From contig CAZYLT010000007.1 in NCBI GenBank assembly GCA_964648855.1, positions 30,001-62,000 on the forward strand: a stretch of DNA of 32,000 nt. The letters are read 5' to 3'. The stretch comes from an uncultured archaeon (lineage in GTDB: Archaea; Asgardarchaeota; Thorarchaeia; Thorarchaeales; Thorarchaeaceae). Positions 1 to 8,949 of this stretch are shown here, piece by piece (the first letter of the stretch is position 1; each line of letters opens with the position of its first letter). Both the position numbers and the translations under genes were made by a program. The notes below the pieces were generated by a model. The model ran no database searches. It was not told the DNA's origin and worked only from the letters and a program-made list of their open reading frames with translations.

Positions 1-2
1 AT

Positions 3-1031
3 GGCTACAAAATGAGTGAGAAGGCGAATTTGATTGCCATTTGTGATTTGGACAAGGACCGTCTTGCCCACAAGTCAGCGAAGTGGGGCATTGACTCCGA
101 CATGTTATTCACAGATATAGATGAGCTCTTGAGGCTTGACAATCTTCATGCCGTTGATATTTTGCTCCCTCACGACCTTCATGAAAAAGTGACGAGGAAG
201 GCAGCTGAGGCCAAAAAGGATGTTTCTGTACAAAAGCCTATGGCACTTGAATTCCGACAATGCCAGAACATGATAGATATCTGCCACGATAATGAGGTCA
301 AATTGCGGGTCTTTGAGAATTTCCGGTTCTATCCGCCCTATATCAAAGCGAAGGAGATTATCGAATCCGGGGAAATAGGCCGTCCATCATTTATTCATAT
401 AAAGCTGGGAGCTAGCCTTGGAGGCGGCTGGGAGGTGCCACTCGATGCTTGGATGTGGCGATTCGACCAAGATCGGTGTGGCGGCGGTCCACTTGTATGG
501 GATGACGGTTACCACAAGTTTTCGATAGCTGAGTTTCTGCTGGGCGATGTTCAGAAGGTGAAAGCCTGGATCGATGAAACTGGTGTGTATGACGATGACC
601 AGGAAGCTCCAATTGTTGTTGATAGCCCTGCGGCTGTGATGTGGAAATACAAGCGTCCGCGAACATACGGTACAATGGATGTCACATGGAGCAGAGAAGG
701 TGAATTTCCTTCGGACTTCTATCCCGCAGATGAGCGGGTCGAGATTACGGGCGATAAAGGCTACATCTGGGTGAATCAATGCACAGCAAAGTCTCTGAGA
801 AAGGATTCTCCCGTTGTCACCTTTATTGAAGGCAAACTAAGGGAATTTGATGAGATTGACTCGGGTTGGCAATCATCTTTTGATGCAGCAGTTGATCACT
901 TCGCTGATTGTATCTTGAACGACACAGAGCCAATCCTCTCTGGTCAGAAGGGACTTGAAATCCAGAAGTTCGCCACCGCTGCACACCTTTCAGCAGAGAA
1001 AGGTACTGAGATCAGCTTGGACGATATTTAG
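3..1031 (+). CDS. Gfo/Idh/MocA family NAD(P)-dependent oxidoreductase (5' end lies before the window)
   Basis: LIAICD; 'DILLPHDLH...VSVQKPMAL' (EKP-like motif); ENFRFYP; GGGPLVWDDGYH. The frame is open from position 3 (GYK-M) and the N-terminal GxGxxG is missing, so the gene is truncated by the window edge. Confidence 0.9.
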   Translation, partial: GYKMSEKANLIAICDLDKDRLAHKSAKWGIDSDMLFTDIDELLRLDNLHAVDILLPHDLHEKVTRKAAEAKKDVSVQKPMALEFRQCQNMIDICHDNEVKLRVFENFRFYPPYIKAKEIIESGEIGRPSFIHIKLGASLGGGWEVPLDAWMWRFDQDRCGGGPLVWDDGYHKFSIAEFLLGDVQKVKAWIDETGVYDDDQEAPIVVDSPAAVMWKYKRPRTYGTMDVTWSREGEFPSDFYPADERVEITGDKGYIWVNQCTAKSLRKDSPVVTFIEGKLREFDEIDSGWQSSFDAAVDHFADCILNDTEPILSGQKGLEIQKFATAAHLSAEKGTEISLDDI

Positions 1032-2142
1032 TCTGGGTGTGTCGTCGCATAATCTGGTCAGTAGTTGCCTTCAGCCATTGTTCAACGTGTGAAAAGAAGG
1101 TCTGATAGCCATAGCAAAGGTGGCTCTTTGGGCGTCCGTCCTGTCCAATCCTATCTTTTGGGCATCCCCCCCTGCACAATCTTAGCCAATCACATTGGTG
1201 GCAATCCACTGGAAGGTCAGTCTTGAGCTGTTCAAAAGGCCCTCGTCTTTGCATAATGTCGGTCCAAGAATCAATCAGGACATTTCCCAATTTATCCTGA
1301 GAGTTCACGAAAAAATCACAAGGATAGACATCGCCATTCCATTCCACAACCAGATAAGGCGGGCAATGCTGGGAAATGCTGCATAATGAGCAATTCTGGT
1401 AGCCTAGTGCATTCTCAACAACTGCATCAAAGAACCTAATGGCTACGGTACCCATATCACCGTTCTGTAGCCATATGTCAAACAAATCACAAAGGAATCG
1501 CCCGTATTTGTCAGGACTCAGAGTATGGGGGCACAGAGTGCCATCTTTATGGAAATCCACAGCGGGGATAAACTGCAGATGGGCGAAGTCATTCTCTCTT
1601 AGGAAGGTGTATATTTCTGCCGCCTTGTCCGCATTGTCTTTATGAACAACCGTTAGGACATTTATGGGAACCTCGTACTGTTTGAGCGTTTCTGCCGCTC
1701 TCATCGCTTTGATCCAAGTCCCTTGTCCTCTCGCTCCATCATGGATGTGCTTTGGGCCGTCCAAGCTTAGACCCACCAAGAAGAGGTTCTGTGCCAGAAA
1801 ATGTGCCCATTCTTGGTCTATCAGGGCACCATTCGTCTGAAGTGCGTTTCCAATGGTTTTTCCTCTCCCCGCGAAGGTCTGTTGGTATGTTATCGCAGAC
1901 CGAAAGAAGTCGATTCCTGCCAGTGTGGGCTCTCCACCTTGCCACGTGATGATGCTCTCTTCGAAACCGAGCGATAGAAATGATTCCAATATCTTTTTCA
2001 AAACTTCACTAGGCATTAGTGGCATTACTGTTTCCGGATATTCGTCTTGGGGTACTAAACAATAGAAACAATAGTCGCACGATTGGTTGCAGCACCCAGA
2101 TACTGGCTTGATTAGGAGCTGGAAAGGTTCCAGATTGGACAC
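1012..2142 (-). CDS. Anaerobic sulfatase-maturating enzyme (radical SAM/SPASM, anSME/ChuR-like)
   Basis: LLIKPVSGCCNQSCDYCFY (CxxxCxxC), WQGGEPTL, QTNG, SLDGP, SPASM cysteines (GDVYPCDFF, CHQCDWLRLCRGGCPKDR, HLC); directly downstream of a sulfatase. Confidence 0.93.
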   Translation of the reverse strand: MSNLEPFQLLIKPVSGCCNQSCDYCFYCLVPQDEYPETVMPLMPSEVLKKILESFLSLGFEESIITWQGGEPTLAGIDFFRSAITYQQTFAGRGKTIGNALQTNGALIDQEWAHFLAQNLFLVGLSLDGPKHIHDGARGQGTWIKAMRAAETLKQYEVPINVLTVVHKDNADKAAEIYTFLRENDFAHLQFIPAVDFHKDGTLCPHTLSPDKYGRFLCDLFDIWLQNGDMGTVAIRFFDAVVENALGYQNCSLCSISQHCPPYLVVEWNGDVYPCDFFVNSQDKLGNVLIDSWTDIMQRRGPFEQLKTDLPVDCHQCDWLRLCRGGCPKDRIGQDGRPKSHLCYGYQTFFSHVEQWLKATTDQIMRRHTQTKYRPS

Positions 2143-2151
2143 CTCATCTGG

Positions 2152-3456
2152 CTAGAACACAAAAGGTCCCGGCCCCTCTGGAGCATTCATCTTTCCCTCA
2201 AGAACGGGATCTTTGGTTTTTTGTAACCAGTCCAGAAGCCTAGCCGCTAGGTCGCTCTTTATCTTGGCATGGTCTGCCACACTGGCAACATTGTTCATTT
2301 CAAGCGGGTCAACAGTCAAGTCATAGAGCTCTTCTTCTTCCCGTGGCTGGTTATACCTTTCCTCTCCATAAATCTCTAGATATGCTTTCGTGGCACCAGA
2401 ATCTATGAAGTCATCAGGAATCTCGAATTTGAACGGTAATGGGGCAAAGTTGCGGACATACTTGTATCTTTCAGTACGTATCGCTCTGATTGGATTGTAA
2501 CCAATGTCGTGGTATGTCAGCTCTGCGAATACTTGGTGTCTATGGCATACGATATTCTCTTCCTCTTCCAATAATGGCAGAAGGCTTTTCCCACTTATGT
2601 TATTGGGAATGTCCACCCTCATTATTTTGGCTAGTGTCGGAAACAAATCCACGTTGTTCACGAGAGCATCTATTTCCAGCCCCTCTCTTAGCCTACCTAT
2701 CCAGGAGAAGATTAATGCTGTATGAATTCCTGGATCATATGCTGTGCATTTCACGCGTGGAAAGGCAGGTCCGTGGTCTACAGTGAAGATGAAAAGGGTC
2801 TCCTCTGTCAAGCGGTTTGTTTCTAGTGCAGACTGAACCCTCCCCACTGCTTCATCTACCTTCTTGACACCTTTGGAAAATCGAGTGTATTCCTCTGCTA
2901 TTTCAGGATGCTCAGGCAGATACCTTGGCAAGTTTGAGATCTCATCGTCTTCTTCATAATGTGGAAATGGGCGGTGTGCCTCGAAAATGCCTATCGAAAC
3001 AAAGAACGGCTTGTTCTGTACCTTTATTCCCTCAAAGAAGTCCTCAGCCTTAGGAATAACAAAGTCGCTTAAGTAGGGAAAATCCATCCTATCGCTAACT
3101 CTTTCATATCCTAGAGCAGCAGCATCCTTGTGCTCGTGTTGAAGACCTATCAGATTGGTTGAATAACCTGCTTTCTTCGCAAGATTTGGTAGAGTGATGT
3201 TTTCTTTAGGTAGATTCCACCCGTAATTCACAAGCCCCATGAGGCCGTGTTGATGGGGATGCATGCCAGTAAGTATGCTTCCACGAGATGGACTGCATTG
3301 AGGGGCAGTACAGAAGTTATTCGTGAACTTCACACCTTTTTCTGCTAACGCATCTATCTGGGGCGTGTCTGTAGGCGAGCCATAACAGCCGAACTCTGTT
3401 CCACTATCGTGGCTAGAGAAGAGCACAATGTTAGGTTTCATTTCTTTTCCAGTCAT
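2152..3456 (-). CDS. Cys-type formylglycine sulfatase (N-sulfoglucosamine sulfohydrolase-like), no signal peptide
   Basis: KPNIVLFSSHD, CTAPQCSPSRGSILTG (CxPxR), EAHRPF, TVDHG, EELYDLTVDPLEMNNVA. Confidence 0.93.
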   Translation of the reverse strand: MTGKEMKPNIVLFSSHDSGTEFGCYGSPTDTPQIDALAEKGVKFTNNFCTAPQCSPSRGSILTGMHPHQHGLMGLVNYGWNLPKENITLPNLAKKAGYSTNLIGLQHEHKDAAALGYERVSDRMDFPYLSDFVIPKAEDFFEGIKVQNKPFFVSIGIFEAHRPFPHYEEDDEISNLPRYLPEHPEIAEEYTRFSKGVKKVDEAVGRVQSALETNRLTEETLFIFTVDHGPAFPRVKCTAYDPGIHTALIFSWIGRLREGLEIDALVNNVDLFPTLAKIMRVDIPNNISGKSLLPLLEEEENIVCHRHQVFAELTYHDIGYNPIRAIRTERYKYVRNFAPLPFKFEIPDDFIDSGATKAYLEIYGEERYNQPREEEELYDLTVDPLEMNNVASVADHAKIKSDLAARLLDWLQKTKDPVLEGKMNAPEGPGPFVF

Positions 3457-3758
3457 GCCTTAATTTCCTCATTGGTCCTCCTGATCAAATATGTAATCTC
3501 CACAGACCTTTTTCATGAGTTCCTATATCATGGCCTCTAATATCTTGTTAGGAAGAATTGGCATCAAAAAAGAAATGCTGCAGAGTGCTCATCATCGACA
3601 TTTTGAAGCATATCAATCGAACGGGTTAATAATGTTAATTGTAAACCACATTAATTACCAATTGCCTTGGATGTTTGTTCTTCTCAGAAAGAATCTGGTG
3701 AGCTATCTACGAGTTTTTTAGGCAAAACATATCCCGCTTGCTGGTAGTGGGCATCACA

Positions 3759-4778
3759 ATGCTAAATCGAATAGCTACCATTTCGGAAGATCTGGCCAAA
3801 GCAAGAAAGGAGGACTCGAAACTCAAGCGGCTGATGGATATAGCCGCAAAGGACCAATCACCGCGTTATTTCATAATCTCCCCCATTGACCGTTCATCAC
3901 AAGACCTCCATCTCTTGCAGTTTCAACAGGGTGACGCCTTTGGTGGTACAAGGGTTCCTGGAATGCCACTTCCTTCTACAAGAGAATCACCTATCCTCTT
4001 TGCGGGGCCGGCAGCTTATACTAGGAACTTTTCCGAACGTAAAGCTGTGATAATCACGTTTGAAGAAGATGAAGCAGCCGATACGGTCGAAAAAAGTCTT
4101 GATTCCATCACTAGACATCCTGCCCTTGCTGGAGTGCGTATTGTTGCTCTGAAGGTCGACTATCTTAGTGGAGATGTAGAAATAATACCACACGAATATG
4201 CCAGAGATTCAAAAGAAGAGAAGTCGGTTCTGAAACGGGTCGAACATCCAAATTATCTAGATGATCGTTTATTGACGATCCTATGTTCAGATTCAAGAGT
4301 TCGTCCCCCTGAATCTCCACTGGGCGTATCTATGTCCATTCAGACACTTGGCGCTTTTGTCCCCACATATGATTCCGGTATAACTGAATGCCTCCAATTA
4401 AATTCCTTCTTCACTCGATGGCTCTCGGGTACGAATAATGAAAAACAAATACTCGTGGTTATTCATGGGAATTTGGAGGGTACAGGACCATCTTGTGGTG
4501 CGGGGTGTGCATCTCTGAAGCTAGATGCCATAGAGGATTCACATCTCCATTTTGCTGTGGGTGCCTTATGTGAAAGCGTGGCGAATTTTGAAGATGTCTG
4601 TGCTAGAGATCCTGAGGAGCGGGTTCTTAATGTGGGAAGAGCCACAATCGAAAATCTCTCAACATATCCAGCAATCAAAAATCACGAGAGATTGCTTTCC
4701 CGCGAAGATCAGTTTATTGAAATGATGAAAATGGATACTGTGACTAATGTTGTCAGACAGATTGACTGGCGTACCTAG
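3759..4778 (+). CDS. Beta-class carbonic anhydrase-like protein with a degenerate N-terminal domain
   Basis: The C-terminal half has ILCSDSRV (CxDxR) and VVIHG...SCGAG (H..CG zinc ligands with an insertion). ATG 3759 is preferred over TTG 3738. Confidence 0.6.
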   Translation: MLNRIATISEDLAKARKEDSKLKRLMDIAAKDQSPRYFIISPIDRSSQDLHLLQFQQGDAFGGTRVPGMPLPSTRESPILFAGPAAYTRNFSERKAVIITFEEDEAADTVEKSLDSITRHPALAGVRIVALKVDYLSGDVEIIPHEYARDSKEEKSVLKRVEHPNYLDDRLLTILCSDSRVRPPESPLGVSMSIQTLGAFVPTYDSGITECLQLNSFFTRWLSGTNNEKQILVVIHGNLEGTGPSCGAGCASLKLDAIEDSHLHFAVGALCESVANFEDVCARDPEERVLNVGRATIENLSTYPAIKNHERLLSREDQFIEMMKMDTVTNVVRQIDWRT

Positions 4779-5464
4779 AGCTCAGCTTGGTCGTACTGCA
4801 TATCCAGAATCCCCTTGAAGAATCTGAGTCTATCCTCGAACATGGAATAGCTCAGAAGAAATGAATTGAATTTGAAAACGGGAATAATTGGTACACCATC
4901 ATGGATTTCTACATCTTCAATAAGCCAAGTTACAACCATCGGTCGCATGATATATTCCCCCTTCTGCATGGCTGCAATTCTTCCAGCAAGCTTAGATAGA
5001 TTATGACCTAATCTGCGTGTTCTCTTTGCCTGCTTTTCAGCAGCACTGCGGAGAGCAGATGCCTTCCCGCCACGAATGCCCCACATCTTGGCATCAACAG
5101 ACACAATTACTCTATTGCGAACGCCTATTACATCAATCTCCATCCCCTTTCTTTCGTTATTACCCACACGCCGAAAGCTTTCCACACAATCGTAATTATG
5201 TTCTCTCAATATTCTCGCAATGAACCCCTCGAAATCTTTCCAAGTCAAATGACTAACTACTTTTTCTATCTCTGCACCTAGAGAAACAGCCATGAGCGCC
5301 AAATCTATCCGAGCGCTTCTATCAAGAGTCCAAGGGTCTTTCTTGGACTGCGTTGCGTACTTATTCAATATGGAGTATGAAAGCTCATCCTCCACGGGTA
5401 GCATATCGGACTCTTTCGTTGCCTTCAGGACTTTCAGGATTTCACTCAATTCGGGTGGGTTCAT
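4775..5464 (-). CDS. PD-(D/E)XK restriction-endonuclease-like protein (Mrr_cat/NERD-like)
   Basis: WKDFEGFIARIL...EIDVIG...VSVDAKMW pattern. Confidence 0.75.
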   Translation of the reverse strand: MNPPELSEILKVLKATKESDMLPVEDELSYSILNKYATQSKKDPWTLDRSARIDLALMAVSLGAEIEKVVSHLTWKDFEGFIARILREHNYDCVESFRRVGNNERKGMEIDVIGVRNRVIVSVDAKMWGIRGGKASALRSAAEKQAKRTRRLGHNLSKLAGRIAAMQKGEYIMRPMVVTWLIEDVEIHDGVPIIPVFKFNSFLLSYSMFEDRLRFFKGILDMQYDQAEL

Positions 5465-5487
5465 ATTGTCTTCATATACTTCACACT

Positions 5488-5497
5488 ACTTTATATC
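5488..5497. promoter_or_regulatory. Putative TATA element shared by divergent genes
   Basis: CTTTATAT lies about 30 nt from both the ATG at 5464 (-) and the ATG at 5528 (+). Confidence 0.4.
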
Positions 5498-5527
5498 ATG
5501 CGCTGTAGAATACGCAGAACGATAGAC

Positions 5528-6022
5528 ATGTCTGAAACTGCTGCAGCATGGCACATGGTACTTAGTGCATTTGACGATTGGATTGCATATGAGAGTACAG
5601 AGTTCATGCCCTGGACTACCTATTTCTCAATCGACAGTCTGCGAGATTTGACTCACCAAGAACGAGTTGGATGGATGGCAAACATGATAGATGATGTCAT
5701 TCCTGGAAGAGTGGACATGTGCAGGGCAGCTGGAGTGGCACTGGAGGATTTTCTTCCACACATGCCAGATGAAGCTGCAATTGAAACAGTGAGATCCATG
5801 ATAGAGCTAAATGACCGTGTAGAGAATATGATACTCTCTATGAGCGATACCTTCAGCATCATGCTCGAAGAGTATAAAGAAGGCGGTCTGGATAATATCG
5901 TGGGACAATTGGGAAATCTTGCTGATATTGAGGAAGATATACGCCACCACATGAGTCTATATAGTAAGGGTTTCGCACGACTCAAGAAACTGGGACTAGA
6001 TGTTCCTTCTGAGATGGAATAG
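5528..6022 (+). CDS. Hypothetical acidic alpha-helical protein
   Basis: Clean ORF with typical acidic composition. ATG 5528 chosen because a TATA-like element lies about 30 nt upstream. Confidence 0.75.
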   Translation: MSETAAAWHMVLSAFDDWIAYESTEFMPWTTYFSIDSLRDLTHQERVGWMANMIDDVIPGRVDMCRAAGVALEDFLPHMPDEAAIETVRSMIELNDRVENMILSMSDTFSIMLEEYKEGGLDNIVGQLGNLADIEEDIRHHMSLYSKGFARLKKLGLDVPSEME

Positions 6023-6113
6023 GCGTTTGCCTTGTTCTACGCCCCCAAAAAACCTTAAAAGCACGTTTTTGAAAACAGCTAGTGACCCTATTAAAACGAG
6101 GTGAAAAAACAAA

Positions 6114-6227
6114 ATGGGTACTGAATCAAAATTCGATGAACTGGATGCCCATCAATGTCGGGTCACAAGCTCCCAAGGTGAGTATGAAATTACTCTCCGA
6201 GGTGAATCTGTTTTCCAGTGGCAGTGA
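6114..6227 (+). CDS. Putative 37-aa small protein/leader ORF (MGTESKFDELDAHQCRVTSSQGEYEITLRGESVFQWQ)
   Basis: GAGGTGA RBS about 9 nt upstream of ATG 6114, and a TATA-like CCTTAAAA at about 6053-6060. Below the ORF-track length cutoff. Confidence 0.35.
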   Translation: MGTESKFDELDAHQCRVTSSQGEYEITLRGESVFQWQ

Positions 6228-6579
6228 TGTCTGCCAATACTGCGATGTAGAATTGAATCCGCTTTCTTTCAGAGGATTGCTTTCTGCATATTTTTCTATG
6301 GCAGCTTACAAGCTATCTGAGACTCAGAAAGAAGTTCTGCGGAATTGTGTGGTTACATTAAGTTGGTGTGAGCGCGACATGACATTGACTGCGTTGGCAG
6401 ATTGCGTGTCAACAAATACTGGCATCCCATATAGTACAGTAAAGTGGAATATGAGAGTTTTAGTTGACCTGGAACTCTTGGACGGTGGCGATGCAAACAA
6501 TCGCGGTTGCCCTGCCAAGTTCACAGAGGTCGCAAGACTACTGGTGAACGAATTGGAATCCACTAAATCCCTTTTGTGA
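6184..6579 (+). CDS. Winged helix-turn-helix protein, putative transcription regulator (start uncertain: 6184 or 6298)
   Basis: LSETQKEVL...TLTALADCVS...GIPYSTVKWNMRVLVDLELL...FTEVARLL fits the wHTH pattern. Confidence 0.65.
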   Translation: MKLLSEVNLFSSGSDVCQYCDVELNPLSFRGLLSAYFSMAAYKLSETQKEVLRNCVVTLSWCERDMTLTALADCVSTNTGIPYSTVKWNMRVLVDLELLDGGDANNRGCPAKFTEVARLLVNELESTKSLL

Positions 6580-6628
6580 CAAATATGGGACTGCGGGATG
6601 CGTTCCTTAAGCACATGAATGTAGTGAG

Positions 6629-6663
6629 GAGGGTGCTGTTGCAGCCCCTCTTCTTCATTTTTT
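6629..6663 (+). terminator. Hairpin plus T-tract between convergent genes
   Basis: GAGGGTGCTG-ttg-CAGCCCCTC followed by TTCTTCATTTTTT. Confidence 0.5.
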
Positions 6664-6726
6664 CGACAAGAGTGCAGGGTGCTGCCCTGTGCTACTCCAA
6701 TTCTGCGTTTGCTTTACGAATTGGCA

Positions 6727-7419
6727 TCATCGCAATTTCTTATCGAATAGTTCTAGTCCGTTTGGAATGAGCTCTATCGCCTCTTCACGGCTGGATCCAA
6801 TAGACAAAAGCAAATCAATATCTCTGCTCTCGTCTGGCGGAAGATGACCAAGATTCCATTGCAAGCCAACTGCAAGGTCCTTTGGCCCTTCTTCTGTGTT
6901 ACCTGGAAGGTCGCGCAAGGCCTGTGTTATCTTAAGATTGATTGGAGACTTTATTCCCCAACCATGTGGCTCAGTTTTCGATGTCATAGCAACGCTAACC
7001 GGATTATCGTCAAATACGACCATCACATTATTGTGGGTATCGTATTGTGCCATGTCATCTTTGTAGCTGGTTGGCCCTCCAACATCAAAGTCCATGAGTG
7101 CGTATACTCTCAGGTCCTTCACCTTGCTATTACTGACATTTTTGGTAGTGAAACGCCAGAGCAGATATGGCTTATTTTTGCTCCAGAGGGAATGCTTGAA
7201 TTGCAGTACCTCTTGGGTTTCGCCTTCAGGTGTATGATTAAGGACAACACGGAGTAGTCCGTCCTTTTCAGTCTTTGACTCGACCTTCATGAGCTCTATT
7301 GGCTCCGTGGACGCCGTGTAGTAGGTTCCACGATCCGTTTTGAAGGAGGTCCAGAAACCCGATTTGTAGTTTGCAGGATTCCTCAATACTAGTCGGTCGT
7401 TTTTGTCAGGGTCAATCAA
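6727..7419 (-). CDS. Hypothetical protein, predicted beta-sandwich
   Basis: 230-aa ORF with alternating beta-strand patterns (WRFTTKN, LRVYALMDFDVGG, LQWNLGHLPPDES); TTG start after GAGG. Confidence 0.7.
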   Translation of the reverse strand: MIDPDKNDRLVLRNPANYKSGFWTSFKTDRGTYYTASTEPIELMKVESKTEKDGLLRVVLNHTPEGETQEVLQFKHSLWSKNKPYLLWRFTTKNVSNSKVKDLRVYALMDFDVGGPTSYKDDMAQYDTHNNVMVVFDDNPVSVAMTSKTEPHGWGIKSPINLKITQALRDLPGNTEEGPKDLAVGLQWNLGHLPPDESRDIDLLLSIGSSREEAIELIPNGLELFDKKLR

Positions 7420-7692
7420 ACTGAGCCTCTTGAGATATAGACCATACCGACCTTTTCCTCATGAGGCACACTCTATGGCATATGCCATGTCAAGCCTGGG
7501 AGCTCTATTCCCAGTTTCCAAGATTTTTGCCACAATGACCACTTGTCCAATGCTAACTGAGGGAGATTCATTTGCTGATATAAATAATAGGCTTTGAACC
7601 AGAAGTTACTTCTAGTAGTATATTCGCTCTTGTTTCATAAAGTTGATAAAGTGCTCACGGAACTCTGGCCATATAATAGGTGCTTCTGTGCG

Positions 7693-8949
7693 ATGAAGAA
7701 ATTATCAATCCCTGAACTCGAAGAATGGTATCAGAAACGCCTGCAAGACGAGTCTAAAGATTTCATAAAGGAAGCCGAGAAGAGCTACAAGTCTGTTGAG
7801 CGACTCCTTCGAGATGTTGATTCTATAGCCACACAGCTAAGAGAGGAGAGCGAAAAAGATGACGAGGAAGCATTAGGAATTGCTACACGATTTGCTCTAA
7901 AAATCCGGGAAATTGTTGATGATTTTGAAGTAAAAAGCGACATCACCTATGAAAGCACAGAAGAGATGCAGGAAGCGATTCAGGACTTCATCCAAGAATT
8001 ATGGGGGGCTGGTGCTAGATGGATAAAACGAATGGATAAACGACACAAGAGCACCATCAAACAGCTAGACATCTACATGAAGGAACTCGCCAATGAGATG
8101 AAGAATCTGAGCAAATTACTGTACGAATATTCTTGGGTCAAAGACCTCGAAAGAATCGGCACTAGGATTGATACCCTGAAAGACCTCACTTATGGCAAAG
8201 CTCAATTTGAAGAACAGATTAGGCAAGTGACCATGAAGATGGAACAGGCCAGAAAAGAGTATGAAGAAGCGCAGGAAACCTATATTGACTTCAAAGAGAA
8301 GTCCAATGTTTCAGATCTCTTGAATCTGGATGAGGATGCTGACCATGTTGCAGTTGTCTTAAAGATGAAATTGAATACTCTTAGGAAGCCTGTGAAGAAA
8401 TTTACACAACAAGATACTGGTGTCATGGTTGGTCCTTCAGGTCAAAAGGCACTCAATGACTACTGGGAGGATCCCTATACAGCAATAGTTGAAGAACCTG
8501 AGGGGCATCCAGCACTCCTTGAAGGTCTTGCTGGAGTGGAAACGGCAGTTGATAAAGATACGCTGAAGATAAAGGATCGTTTGGCTCGAAGAGCAGTTGA
8601 AGAAATTGAGGCCATTCGAGGTGGCATGCTCTTAGATTTACAGCAGCAAGCAAAAGAGATTGAAAATAAAAGGCGTGAATATGCGGAATCAGATGTCTAT
8701 AGGCGTGACGAGAAACTCCAGGAAGAAGTAAAGGAAGCCAAGAAAAATCTAGAATATCACAAGAATGACCTTTTGAGAATTGCAGATGACATTGAACGCC
8801 AAATAGAGAAGATAGAAGTCTTCAAGCGCCGCATCATGATAGAAATTAAGAAGGCATTCGATGAGAGAATTCACATCGAGATTGAGGACCATGGGCTAGA
8901 GCCTCTTCTAGTGGAATGTCGCGCGAAGGCGAAAGAGGTGCCCTCTTGA
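7693..8949 (+). CDS. Long coiled-coil protein
   Basis: E/K-rich heptad segments throughout and no Walker motifs. ATG 7693 preferred over the track start. Confidence 0.8.
   Translation: MKKLSIPELEEWYQKRLQDESKDFIKEAEKSYKSVERLLRDVDSIATQLREESEKDDEEALGIATRFALKIREIVDDFEVKSDITYESTEEMQEAIQDFIQELWGAGARWIKRMDKRHKSTIKQLDIYMKELANEMKNLSKLLYEYSWVKDLERIGTRIDTLKDLTYGKAQFEEQIRQVTMKMEQARKEYEEAQETYIDFKEKSNVSDLLNLDEDADHVAVVLKMKLNTLRKPVKKFTQQDTGVMVGPSGQKALNDYWEDPYTAIVEEPEGHPALLEGLAGVETAVDKDTLKIKDRLARRAVEEIEAIRGGMLLDLQQQAKEIENKRREYAESDVYRRDEKLQEEVKEAKKNLEYHKNDLLRIADDIERQIEKIEVFKRRIMIEIKKAFDERIHIEIEDHGLEPLLVECRAKAKEVPS

Noticed and set aside
3515-3721. 68-aa ORF in the divergent intergenic region
   Set aside because: AT-rich promoter-like DNA, atypical composition and no RBS.
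4775-5464. Restriction-modification or defence island
   Set aside because: No methyltransferase or other defence gene is adjacent; a solitary PD-(D/E)XK protein is not enough.
6577-6620. Selenocysteine read-through of the wHTH TGA, given the downstream hairpins
   Set aside because: The extension is about 12 codons with no redox motif, and the TGA falls at the natural end of the domain.
7459-7542. Minus-strand peptide VAKILETGNRAPRLDMAYAIECAS resembling the end of an XRE HTH
   Set aside because: Only about 27 codons, with no first helices or clear RBS; probably chance, though a remnant cannot be excluded.
7693-8949. SMC/SbcC/Rad50 ATPase
   Set aside because: No Walker A/B, signature motif or zinc hook; it is coiled coil only.
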